Assembly (NCBI GenBank): GCA_032718475.1
Contig: JAUCBJ010001668.1
Span: 4,019 to 68,018 of the forward strand
From: Nemertoderma westbladi
Lineage: Eukaryota; Animalia; Xenacoelomorpha
DNA length: 64,000 bases
Reading direction: 5' to 3'
A model generated the notes under the pieces. That model saw only the letters and a list, made by a program, of their open reading frames with translations. It was not told the DNA's origin and did no database searches. A program made the translations under genes and the position numbers. Shown here one piece after another: positions 33,823 through 46,249 of this stretch. The stretch's first letter is position 1; every line of letters begins with the position of its first letter.

Positions 33823-34866
33823 TCAATCTGATACTGTTTTTATATGTTCCTTATTGTAATCTGCTACCTCTTCACTTGCTTTTGTAACTTTTATTTTCTT
33901 TGTAGGTATAGAATCATTGTTGGGAATGGAAGATGTTTGAGATGTAGATCTGCGCTTTCTATCACTCGAGGTCTCTTCGATGTATGTCTTTGGATTAAAT
34001 GTGGATGAAACTACTTCTGGAAATGACTTATTAACCTTAAACTTCCAAGTTGGTGGATATAGAATCGCGAAACCGTCTGCTATATCAGTTGATGAAACAT
34101 TTAACATCATATCGTAGAGAAACTCTATATATGGTATGTCTTTATCGTAATGTAACTGTAAATATTTGCTTTCCTTGTCTGTAATAATTACTTTTTTTTC
34201 TTGTACATTTATTTTTACTTTAAGTCGGTCAGATAAAGCTTTATCGTCCGTATCTAGCTCTGAAAAGACACCTTCGTTACTAATTTCATAATTCCACTCA
34301 TACCACAATGAATTTACTTCCGATGCTGTTAAGTTAAACCCATTATAATACCTAAGACCAATAGCATCAGAATATCTAGCTGAAATCTCCCATAGTCCCA
34401 TATAAGTCGCTCCTTTATATTTGCTTACAAAACCAACAAAAGATGGGTTGGTTAAATTAACAACAGAACACTGATTTATTATTTCGAGTGGTGGTGATAA
34501 CAATTCTAATATTTCTGTCTTACTCTGAAGCAATAAATTAATGAGTGATTTGTTTAGAATTTGACATTTGCCTTGCTTCTGAATATATACGTTTTCAGTA
34601 ATAACACAGGTGGAAATATTTAACTTTCCTCTTGTAAATTCTATATTAGGATAAATATTACCTCTTGAAACTGGTGATTCCTTTTGTCGGTTGATTAATA
34701 TTTCTAAGACGTCTAGAAGGTAGAGTGTATCCTGGTAAGAGAAGCACGTTGTTACATTGCTATCGCTTGAGAGTAATATAAGGTACTTGCCATAAACAAT
34801 ACTACAGGTATATTTATTAAATGTAAATTTCCAAGTATTGCTTGAAGTTTTTTTAAATAAATCCAT
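33823..34866 (-). CDS. Polinton protein with a PC4/Sub1-like ssDNA-binding segment and probable NLS
   Basis: FVSKYKGATYMGLWE...NGFNLTASEVNSL resembles PC4 VSVRDFKGKVLIDIRE...KGISLNPEQWSQL; C-terminal RKRR...KKIK. Confidence 0.55.
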   Translation of the reverse strand: MDLFKKTSSNTWKFTFNKYTCSIVYGKYLILLSSDSNVTTCFSYQDTLYLLDVLEILINRQKESPVSRGNIYPNIEFTRGKLNISTCVITENVYIQKQGKCQILNKSLINLLLQSKTEILELLSPPLEIINQCSVVNLTNPSFVGFVSKYKGATYMGLWEISARYSDAIGLRYYNGFNLTASEVNSLWYEWNYEISNEGVFSELDTDDKALSDRLKVKINVQEKKVIITDKESKYLQLHYDKDIPYIEFLYDMMLNVSSTDIADGFAILYPPTWKFKVNKSFPEVVSSTFNPKTYIEETSSDRKRRSTSQTSSIPNNDSIPTKKIKVTKASEEVADYNKEHIKTVSD

Positions 34867-35380
34867 AATTAGAATGAAAACTATTTTGAAAAATAAAAAC
34901 TAAATAAATGATTATTAGAATGTAAAACTTCGGTTTATATGCTTGCTTTAATAAAACAGAGTGACTTACAGTGAGGAATATAGTTGCTTCGTGTAACAGA
35001 TGCAACGTGTACAGCTAAATTTATTACATTAGCGTGAGTTAGAGAGTGAAATAGCAGTAACGTGTAACAGATGCAACGTGATCAATGCTAGCCCTGTCAT
35101 TCTAACTTATATTCAACTTAGTTGATCGACCAGTTACATCGATAAAAGAAATCGATTATTATTAATAGTCGAATTAATGTATTCTACGCTATAGTAATTA
35201 TGTTAAGGAACTAGAAGCTATTTATAAACATCTGCTACCTGTGATGAAGATGAAGAATTCAATGACTATGGTATAACTCAGATATTTATCGCCTTTTTCT
35301 CTCGAGGTTGGATGGAAGAGTGATTGGTGAGTTGTGAGGAGTTATATCGGTCCCGGGTTCGAACCCTGTTGAATATTTTG

Positions 35381-36165
35381 TTATCTGAAAAATTGCAAAA
35401 TTAAATTTAGTTACTAGTGAAAAATAGCGATTTGAAAAATAATAGAAGTTACCTGATGCTAAGTGTAGACACCCGAACACCTGTAAAATAAAGGTTGGTG
35501 ATTGGATGCAGTACTAGCATTGGGTGACTAATAACGCTTATCTGAAAAATTGCAAAATTAAATTTAGTTACTAGTGAAAAATAGCGATTTGAAAAATAAT
35601 AGAAGTTACCTGATGCTAAGTGTAGACACTCGAACACCTGTAAAATAAAGGTTGGTGATTGGATGCAGTACTAGCGTTGGGTGACTAATAACGCTTATCT
35701 GAAAAATTGCAAAATTAAATTTAGTTACTAGTGAAAAATAGCGATTTGAAAAATAATAGAAGTTACCTGATGCTAAGTGTAGACACTCGAACACCTGTAA
35801 AATAAAGGTTGGTGATTGGATGCAGTACTAGCGTTGGGTGACTAATAACGCTTATCTGAAAAATTGCAAAATTAAATTTAGTTACTAGTGAAAAATAGCG
35901 ATTTGAAAAATAATAGAAGTTACCTGATGCTAAGTGTAGACACTCGAACACCTGTAAAATAAAGGTTGGTGATTGGATGCAGTACTAGCGTTGGGTGACT
36001 AATAACGCTTATCTGAAAAATTGCAAAATTAAATTTAGTTACTAGTGAAAAATAGCGATTTGAAAAATAATAGAAGTTACCTGATGCTAAGTGTAGACAC
36101 TCGAACACCTGTAAAATAAAGGTTGGTGATTGGATGCAGTACTAGCGTTGGGTGACTAATAACGC
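35381..36165. repeat. 157-bp tandem repeat, 5 copies, overlapping the inner right TIR
   Basis: Units start TTATCTGAAAAATTGCAAAA at 35381, 35538, 35695, 35852 and 36009; nearly identical. Confidence 0.97.
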
Positions 36166-36359
36166 ATCTAGCGGAAGATGCGGGAACTTGAGAAGTTACC
36201 ATGGTTACGGATGAAATGCTGACATCTGATTGGTTGAAATAATAACGACCACTGCAAAAGGTTGAAATGGTGGCTTCTGATTGGCTGCAGTACCAGAAAT
36301 GGATGGTAATGATGGGCTACGGGTGACTTTGTGCGGAGGGGCTAGCATCCTATACTACT
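36045..36359 (-). repeat. Polinton right TIR
   Basis: Reverse complement of 17542-17856. Confidence 0.97.
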
Positions 36360-36485
36360 TCCACCTTCAAAATAACCGGCACAAATCATAGAATCATCTA
36401 TATCATCTTCATCATAATGAGGTGCAGGTTGTCTGGGGAATGATGGGCACACGGACTTCCTGTAGAATTGTCCCGTCTTGGGGCC
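36360..36485 (-). pseudogene. 5' piece of the penultimate serine-protease exon (gene A), with an internal frameshift
   Basis: After acceptor TATTAG: PQDGTILQEVRVPIIPQTTC, frame change, then PHYDEDDIDDSMICAGYFEGG, which continues across the Polinton into RDSCK. Confidence 0.88.
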
Positions 36486-38994
36486 CTAATAATAATATGT
36501 GGTATAAATAAAATAATCTGGGGAAATATATACAATGGATATTCAAATGAAATGATAGATCAATTGGATAATCAAATAATTAAAAAGTTTTATAACAGAC
36601 CTGGTATATATAAATGAATATACAACTAGACTTAGGCAAAGGCAAGCAGGTAAAAAGATCATTGAATGATCTATCCAGGATTTGTAAATCACATACAATA
36701 AATCGGAATCTCAAGGTTTCATTAATTAGAGCAGCAGTAGATCCAGTACAGGAGTCCATTCTATGCTCTTAGTGCGCTATGGACACACTAAGGATACACT
36801 GTAATGCTACACCCAGTTCATTGTGTCAAGCGCAATGAACAAATCTCTAGCCAGACACTATATAGCATTGGTGTTTCATATGTCCCTTTTGCCAAGTGTT
36901 TCATTTGATACTTGATTACTCTGAAGTTGGTGTACCTGTACCATTTAGATAAGCTTATTAATAAATATAAAAAATAAAAATAAAAAATCACAGGGTGGGG
37001 GTATATTTTGCAAAAGTTACCAGATTTCAATCTTGCAAAATTGAATTTTTCTTAACAAATTTTAAAATAATTTCAACTGCATTAAATTATTATTTCGGTT
37101 AAAATTTCAAGTGGTGGGTCTTCAAGAGGAACACGATATATTTATTATATGTAGCGTTGGTGTTTCACAGATACATCGGGCTTTAATGTAGTAAATACAC
37201 CCCCATGAAGTATTCTGTAGATAATATATATTGTAATATACACCCCCATGAGGTAATATGTCTATATGTCGGTCGAAATTTAATTTAATTTATTATTGGT
37301 CTATAATTATCTGATTATAATATTATTATCTTTTGAACAATAAACTATACTAACTAACTAGAGCAGAAATTCATATAAATACATTTAAATATTATTATAG
37401 AAACCTCAGCCCAATATAAGGCTACTTACTGTATTGTAGAGTATGTTTGGATAATGTAGCATAGTCTGTTGAATGTTATAGTGGTAGGTGTATTACTTAT
37501 CTATTCAGAATGTTAGTGGTTGGAATTTGTGTAGAGTACATATCAAGCTAGTTGTTATCTAATTTTTACAATGGCTACACCCTATATGGTATGTGTACTG
37601 TGTAGTGGTCTAATATTTAGAAACTTGAAAAATTCTCACATTGTTGGACGTTCATAGGTAGTAGTGAGCTACAATTGATTTTCGGAATAAATTGAAATAG
37701 TCCTAAATAACAGGATATTAAGTCCAGCACTGCAGCTCCTCATTAAAATATCAACCAATAAGGAAGTGCTGGAGTTGTGAGTAAAACTTGCACTGGATCC
37801 TTATTGGTTATTCTTCATAAAATGACGAATGAAGTAATAGCTAGTAAATTCAATTAGTCAAAAGATTTCAGCCAATAACTTTCAAAATTTTCCAAATAGG
37901 AAACAGGATAATAGGAAATAGGATTCCTACACTAAGAGGTTGTAGATCAAAAATGGATCTCTTAAAAAAGTGAGTCCTTTGGCAAAAGTTGTTGTGGTTA
38001 ATTATATTGTCAACAATGTAGATTGTAAAGTATATGAGTAATTTTTTAACTCAACATCAGAAGCAGTGGGAGAAATTGTGGGTTACTTATATTGGCATCA
38101 ATATGAACAGCGAGTACAGTACAGTATTAGGCCTTTGCATTGTTTGATTTTGTATTATGAATGGGAGATGCTCTTAGTCTCATTAAGTCAAGGAATTAAT
38201 CTTCACCACCATGGGTGATCTTCCACAGTAATCCCTTCCACTATTGTTTGATTTTGTATTATCGAACTATGATCTAATAGGCAGCTAGGTTATGGTATAA
38301 CCTTGTACTGTAGTGGCTAGGCATACAATAACTTTTAAATATCCATACAGACAGCAGAGTTCACTGAAAATTGTTGGGTATGATACTGTTACTGACCATG
38401 AGGCAGAGAGTAATAGTAGTGATACGTAAGTAGTGATACAGATTCAGATTCCTTTTTTTCTATAGTTAATTTTATGGAACTCATATCTCTAGAACCCATT
38501 GCCTAATATCTAGGATCCCTGCCATCGTCACCATCATAATCCCTTCGCAAACTTTGTGGTTATTTAGAAGAGATCGAAACATCTCTTCTTTTCGATGATT
38601 CCTCTCTTCCGCAACAATGCGATATCTCTATATGTGCGGCATCTTTGTCATAAAGTTTCTCCATGATTTGTGTAAATATTCTCACTGATTATCCATCTGC
38701 TGTTGCATAACAGTACTGAATGAACATTTGCGCAAAGTCAGTTGCCAATCTGTATCACGCACCTCCTTCAGCACCCTTCTATGTCTGTTTCGATTTTTTT
38801 CTCCTCGCTCATTGCTGCTTGTCTAATCTCCTTGTGATAATTAACTTTAGTTTCTTCGGCAGTTTGAGGAGTAACACGCTCCAGTTCTGCTACTTAGATC
38901 ACAACCCACCACTAAAATTATGTTAAACATAAGCCTGTAGATAGATCGTAGTGTAGGCAGCTGGTTCGACCTCTGTAAAAGGCAGAGATAACTC

Positions 38995-39150
38995 CCTCTT
39001 AGGATTCACCAGTCATATCAGCCTAGGCTGAGAACATTACTCAGTCGTCTCAGCCTAGGCTGAGAACACTCCCCAGTTATATCAGCCTAGGCTGAGAACA
39101 CTCACTTAGGCCGAGATGACTCCCCTTAGGCTGAGATGACTCCCTTAATT
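38995..39150. repeat. Short array of palindromic TCAGCCTAGGCTGAGA units
   Basis: Three copies ~32 bp apart plus two TTAGGCYGAGATGACTCCC units. Confidence 0.7.
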
Positions 39151-40779
39151 GAGTTATAATTCATATCCGTACCTGTGTTATTTTCGTATATTGGAAAAAT
39201 AAATCTGTAACCTATGTTATTGAGTTATCGTTTATTGTTTTGGTTAGAAAAGCCCACCACTGTAACCTGTTCCTTTCCGTTAATGAAGAAATATAGGGAG
39301 ACACTGGTGTGTGTTCTCAGCCTGTTATACCTCCATGTAAAAGATCTCTCATTTGCATCAACGCGATCATATCAATAATGTAGTTACAGTATTTGCTTAT
39401 ATATCTCTACATGACAAAAAATGTAAAGGCTATAATGCTATTGGTACTGCTATATTCCTATTACACTTCTACTTATACACATAACATCTCTTTCAGTTGG
39501 TGTTATCTGTGGTATCATGCATCTGACTGCATGATACCAATTACTTTATTATTATACATTATATGTAGCACTACTAGAGTATACTAATGTATTTCCGCAT
39601 AATATTCTGTTCCAGTCCCATCATATCATTACAGACAACATACCAGATAATAGCAAAATAAAAATATTTACACTTGAAGTTGTAGACCTTGCATTCTATA
39701 GTTGCATACTATAGAGTTAGGAACCTGTTTGGAACAATAGTGCAATCATATATCACGAGAGATTAATTGTGACTGTCCATAATATCCCAATCAAGGGTAG
39801 TTTGCAGTCAGCCATAAAGGAAGTCACTGCCATTTCAAAACCAATTATTTACTGATGATGTAATTAACCTAAGCCGACTTACTACTGGTATAATCTCACC
39901 TCATCAAGTTAATTTAGACTTTCTGTTTCAATCTATAGGATAACCCCTATAGATAAATCTATAGGATCTACATAGGATAAATAATAATTACATACATTGA
40001 ATTTATTGGCAGTTCTGATTACATTTTCGGCGTCTAAGAATCTAGACGGCTGCAAAGTAGAAGTACAAGGTTGGAGTGTATGTACAGTAATTGGGGACTT
40101 CGCGCAACACGTGAGAAGCTTTATGTTAAGAATGAACTCGAAAGGATAGAAAACCACATATTCACAGATTTCCCTTGATCAATTTTTCCTACTTGCACAT
40201 AGACTGGGCAACTACGACCAGGCTCTAAGCCCTGACAAAAACTCAGTCTGAGGTCAGTTACCAAGTCAAAAGGATTTTAAATAACAATATGAAATAAATG
40301 GCAGAAGGTTGTTCACATTTGGTCCTCTATCAGTATACTAAAAACTGTAAATGGATGAACTTCACAGAAATTTGTTGGATTTCGTTGGATTTTGTTGGAA
40401 AAGTTGGATTTAAAACATGAATATTGGCATATGGAATTACACATTGATAGTCAAGATTTAATATGTTTCATTACATATATATTTTCATTTTCATTTGCAA
40501 TATATTTTAAGCATCTCCAATGGGGTTTTTAGTAACTGGAGATGCCTACAATCCTTGCTGTGTGTGATCGTGCTCTTGAAGGTATTACATCTCCGCAAAA
40601 TTTTTTTGATGATATCCTTATATATAATAATATATCATAGTAATATTGATGATCATGTAAACGTGGAGTATGCAATGAGATGCATATGCTGAATAGTTGC
40701 TATAGAGATTGGGTTGTTTTATTCTTAGTTACAGTGTTTACTAGTGATAGGCCTACAATGTTTTGAACATGTTTACTTT

Positions 40780-41790
40780 ACCATGAACAATGTTTATTTA
40801 TTGAGACCAAAAATATTTTATTGTCAGAACTTATTATCAGACAAGCTCTTTTAAATTGACTTCATTTAAATTTATCCACGAATATCCAGGTGTGGAAGTC
40901 TCTACCAAAACTGACATTTTTACGTTTAATTGAGAAGTTTGAAAGAAACAAAAAAAACTTTACTTCATAAGTCAGGTTCTGGGTGGCGAAAGTAAAGTCT
41001 TAGTTACTAATCCGGAAACATCCTTATTTCCCTTGCTGCAAATGTCAGTAGAAGTATTGTTCAGACGGTTGTAAAGGCCCTACAGTTTAGACCTTACAAA
41101 CTACAACTTCTACATGGTTTCAAGCCAACCGATTACTTAGAGTTACAGCCTCTGAACTCATGTTGTTGTTTTTAAAAGACAAGAATTCTAGTAAAGTTTT
41201 CTGGAGCGATGAGGCCACTTTCGTTAAAGTGGTCATGTAAATCGATGGAACTGTCGCATATGGGGTACAGAAAATCGACATAAGGTAGTATAAGAATTTC
41301 ATGACACTCCGAAGGTCTGGGCTGCTATGTCAGGAAACACTTTTATTGGTCCATATTTCTTCGAGTCTGCTACTGTCAACAGCACTAACTATCTGAATAT
41401 GAGGAAGACATTCTTGCTTCCGAATCTTGTTGATGGCACTGAACACTCTATAACAAGATGGTGCTCCTGTGCATTGGGATCTGAGTGTTAGATCATTCCC
41501 TAGACTATACGTTTCCTGGGCGCTGGATAGGAAGAGATGGGCCAATTCCATGGCCAGCACGATCCCCAGATGTATCACCCTGCGAATTCTATCTCTGGGG
41601 GTATGTCAAGAATTGCGTATACAGTCAGCCGCTTCAGAGCTTGAACGAACTACATAATTACATTACCATTACAACAGTGTTTAATGCTATTCCCGAGCAT
41701 CATCTGTTGAGATATTATTCTGAAACAATTTCATGTCGCAACAAGGATAAGAATAATAGAGGTGCTCATGTGGAAGTTTACACTCCTTAA
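40780..41790 (+). mobile_element. Decayed Tc1/mariner-superfamily transposase
   Basis: WSDEA.F, QDGAPVH, RWIGRDGPIPWPARSPDVSPCEFYLWGYVK, RGAHVE. Confidence 0.8.
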
Positions 41791-42699
41791 ATCACTTAAC
41801 TTTTATATTTCAATGTCATTTATATTTGTTTGGGCTTTTGAATTTTTGTTTGCAATAGGTTTTATACTGTAGCAACAGTAAAGTAACAGTGAAATTAATC
41901 AATTTCCCTCATCATTCATTATCAATCATCAACCTATAAAATTCCTCAAAAACTGACAAGCCGACTTCAGGGAATTATTTGAAACATACATTATGGATTA
42001 TCTCTCCTCTAAGGCAGGCAGGTTGGGGTCTAAAACTCAACGAATCAACAAGAGGATATCTTGAGTCTAGATTTCGGTTTCATTCCAACACGTCAGCAAA
42101 CAGAGCAGGACGTTTTAGACGCGCAAACCTCGGTTGCGGGCCTTGCAATGAGACTGCGGAATAAAGCACGGAACCTGGAGAGAGCAGCAGACACCTAAAT
42201 TTACCTACCAGAGACTGGCGCTGTTGTTCTCAACCGGGACATCGAGCTGCATAATGGCTCGGATGTCTCTTTTAACGATGAAACACCGAGAAATACAGTG
42301 TGCTATCTACCATTCAACCATATTGATGATGTAACGCAGTGTTTAACCGGACTGAGCAATGACGTATCGATTTTAAGTAGAGATTGCCTTCGGATGTCTT
42401 TAAACGGTCCCCATGGTGGAAGAATGGAGGCGGTTTCTAGTCAGTTGTTCCCATCTGATAGTTCTGGTTTTGTACACACACAACCATCTGGTATGTCAAC
42501 ACCCATCTCAGACCTCCCAGTTCCGGCTGGAGATGTTGTTGGAGATACTCCTCTTCGGCAATTAGATCCTAATGGAGGAGTCTTGATTTTATCAACTCCC
42601 ATTCGTCAAGAGACAGATCTTTCGGTGGCATCACGGATAATGCTCCCTACGCCTCCTTTAGCTAGATCTGTACCAGGTGTAAATTCCAACCTCATTGTG

Positions 42700-43760
42700 T
42701 CACAGACTAGGCCTCAGTTCACCTTATGAATGCCCTAGGATACCTACAAAACACAGATACGTGGCTCCAAGATCCCAAAATGATAACATTGAGGCATTTA
42801 TTAGTGACCTACACAGCAGCATTGATAGATCGAGGCTGGTGATTATTAATCAACGATTTAAACCTAACTTAAAGGTTGACCATTTACAGGGGTAATGGGC
42901 TCTTAGGTCGGACATATCGATATCGATTGTGAAGGGTGACAAGATGGGTAACGTTATTATTATTGACACCACGCTCAAAGATATGGAGATTCTGAGATCT
43001 TTAGAAGATGTGGACATTTACCGTAAACTAGATTGTGATCCATCGAATCACTTTCTCGCTGAGCTTAAATGCGCAGTTCGATCCCTGGATCTCGAGGACG
43101 AGTGAGTATCTGCGGCGTTACCTTCTACCTACCCATCCATCGATTGGTTATGTGTTCCTCCCTCCTGAAAGAGCACAAGGATCCTTCTGAGTGGATCAGT
43201 TGGGGAGTTGACATACGTCTCCCGAAGGCGAGGTTGATCTTATCCACGACCGGGACCCTGGTTGAACCTTTGGGGAAGTTACTAAACTCCATAATCCAAC
43301 CAGTCCTTAGCAGAATGCCTCACTACATTCCAGACTCAGCGGCTGCTAAGAGGGATTTACCGAGAGGTAGTTTTCCATGTGTCACATTCATGTCAATTGA
43401 CGTGGTTGACATGTACCCCAGCGTGGATCTGGATTTGGTGAAATCAGCTTTAAACTACGTCCTCCAGGATAACCCCGACCTTTTGGAGAACTCTGGATTC
43501 TCAGCAACACAAGTTATCATCATTTTTAATTTTGTCATAACCCATAATTATTTTAAGTTTAAGAATAATTTTTATTTAATGATTAAAGGTGTTGGAATGG
43601 GAGTTCCCTACTGGTATTTTGACTCTATTGTTACAAATATATGCAAATATATACAAAATTATAAATTGATATTAATTTATAAATAGTTGGTTTTTAACAC
43701 TTGAAAAAGATATACATTATATCGAAAGCTAGTGATAAAGTGATATTTGAATTTCTTTCT
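42700..43760 (+). mobile_element. Penelope-like retroelement RT fragment
   Basis: IVKGDKMG, YRKLDCDP, RLILS, FMSIDVVDMYPSV, HNYFKF...YLMIKGVGMG.P; truncated before the YxDD motif. Confidence 0.8.
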
Positions 43761-44187
43761 GTGGTCGATCTAGGTTCATTTAAAATAATATTTTCTTTAT
43801 TTATTATTTTATGCTTACAAATATATATACACTAAACCGGATCCCTTTTTTCGGTTTGTATGCGGTTTCTTATATAATATTTCGAGAAATATATCTTCTT
43901 ACAATAATGCATATATATGCAAAGTATATATATACAAATATACAAATAATATTTGCATGACAACCAAATTAATTGAAATTTAATCAACATAAAATAGATC
44001 ATATTTTCCAAGAAATTGTATTTTCATCCGCATTTGAGGGAGTTATTAAAAAATAAAATCGTATCAAATTTTGTGGGACACCCTGTATAACTCGAAACGG
44101 ATGTATATTATTACTGTATAACTTTATTTTATACAACTGATTAATTTCACCACAGTTGAAAACAATTAATATGGCGGATGAGATATA

Positions 44188-45997
44188 TACGTAACCCCTA
44201 AAGGGACATGAGAAATTTTCGCTAACTCGTGCAAACGACTTAGTATGTTGTGCGAACGACTTCCTAAGTCGTGCAAACGACTTACTAAGTCGTGCGAACG
44301 ACTTAACTAACTCGTGCGAATGACATACTAACTCGTGCGAACGACTTAGTACTAAGTCGTGCAAACGACTTAATAAGTCGTGCGAACGACTTAACTAACT
44401 TGTGCGAACGACATACTAACTCGTGCGAACGACTTACTAAGTCGTGTGCAAACGACATACTAAGTCATGCGAACAACATGCTAAGTCGTGCGAACGACTT
44501 AACTAACTCGTGCGAACGACATACTAAGTAGTGCGAACGACTTAACTAATGCGTGCGAACGACTTAGTAACTCGTGCGAACGACTTAGTAACTCGTGCGA
44601 ACGACTTACTAAGTCGTGCGAACTAATAAACTAACGCGTGCGAACGACTTAGTAACTCGTGCGAATGACTTACTAACTTTACTTTGATTGGCTAAATAAT
44701 ACTGGTAATAAAAGTACAACATTTTTAGCGGGATTCTCAATTCAATCTACAGCATTTGTTGATGACATTATTGGTTGATAATATTATTATCAATGGCTGA
44801 ACGCGCTCTGTTAATATCGATGTACTTTAACTTAGGCCGACAATACAACCGACATATTGTACTGTAGCAAATTATAATATCTTTAACATATTAATATTAT
44901 TTTAACTTATTCAGTAAATAGCTGTATTATCTACGGTCAGCGCTGTTATATAAGCTGATTATAGTGCCAGGTGTTGTTGCTGTGTTGCTAAGCAACATTC
45001 CCATCTCACTATTGTATCGAACAGCAGCTGGAGTCGAAATCTCAGGTTTTGGGGGGAGGTGAGATAGGTCCTACTATTTAGAGTATTGTACAATATTGTG
45101 ACTCTGCCACAATATTCGCTTTAAATAAAGTACGTACCCGTATTTCACTTTCCGGCTCTCGTTTCATATTTCACTCAGTTGCTTACGCTCGTTCTTAATA
45201 AAATTAATTTGAATAAGTAATGCGTAACATCCCTAATGAAGCCAGTGGGTGCATTGATGGATATTCCCGGAAAATGATTTGGTTGAACGTGTATAACACC
45301 AACAATGACAGTAAATTTATCTGGGGCTACTTCCTGTCCGTATTATTATCATTCATTAAATCTGACATTAAATCTGACATCTGACATTAAATCTGTCCGT
45401 ATGTTAGGCCTAAGTTAAAGTACGTCGATATTAACAGAGCTCATTCAGCCATTGATAATAATATTTTCAACCAATAATGCCATCAACAAATGCTGTAGAT
45501 TGAATTGAAAATCCCGCTAAAAAGGTTGTACTTTTATTACCAGTATTATTTAACCAATCAAAGTAAAGTTAGTAAGTCGTTCGCACAAGTTACTAAGTCG
45601 TTTGCACGCGTTAGTTAAGTCGTTCGCACGACTTAGTATGTTGTACGCACTACTTAGTAAGTCGTTCGCACGAGTTACTAAGTCGTTGCACGCGTTAGTT
45701 AAGTCGTTCGCACGACTTAGTATGTCGTTCGCACGTCTTAGTAAGTCGTTCGCACGACTTAGTAAGTCATTCGCACGACTTAGTATGTCGTTTGCACGAG
45801 TTAGTTAAGTCGCTCACACGACTTAGTATGTCGTTCGCACGACTTAGTAAGTCGTTCGCACGGGTTAGTTAAGTCGTTCGCACGACTTAGTATGTCGTTT
45901 GCAAGACTTAGTAAGTCATTCGCACGAGTTAGTTAAGTCGTTCGCACAAGTTAGCAAAATACAAATTTTTTTGTCATGTCCCTTTAGGGGCTCCGTA
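44188..45997. mobile_element. Non-autonomous IS3EU-type deletion derivative with long repeat-rich TIRs
   Basis: Termini TACGTAACCCCTAAAGGGACATG / CATGTCCCTTTAGGGGCTCCGTA; TSD GATATA (44182-44187, 45998-46003); ~21-bp TCGTGCGAACGACTTACTAAG arrays in opposite orientation; transposase relic at ~45247-45337. Confidence 0.85.
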
Positions 45998-46249
45998 GAT
46001 ATAGGACTACATTTACAGTTGGCCAGATACCAGCACATGAGCAGCTGTATGCAATAAGCTAGGGTACAGGCAATTCTCTGCACCTTCTGGTAATTATCTA
46101 CAGCTTCGGGTAAATCCATAGTAATATATTTTCGATACCTCAATTCTCTACAGCTGCGGGTAAAAATCTGCACTCTTAGTTAGAGGAAGGTAAACAAGTT
46201 TATCCACACCTTTTTCTGCAATTTAAAGTTACAATGGCCACTTTTATGG

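Larger units (their letters stand above)
17542..36359. mobile_element. Polinton/Maverick (adintovirus-like endogenous virus), full length, 18,818 bp
   Basis: AGTAGT...ACTACT termini, 315-bp TIRs, 6-bp TSD TCCACC (17536-17541, 36360-36365), and pPolB, integrase, ATPase, capsid and protease genes. Confidence 0.98.

Noticed and set aside
35286-36108. Repeated 62-64-aa ORFs (and 17793-18158)
   Set aside because: By-products of the 157-bp tandem repeat and TIR, with non-ATG starts and no protein features.
36500-40700. Upstream exons of serine protease gene A (His/Asp catalytic motifs) and possible LINE ORF1 scraps
   Set aside because: No convincing TAAHC, DIAL or GWG exon with splice sites was found by eye, and the LINE similarity is too weak to call.
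44220-44670. ~21-bp repeat arrays (also 45570-45950) as a CRISPR array
   Set aside because: No unique spacers, no cas genes and a eukaryotic context; they are subterminal repeats of an IS3EU derivative.
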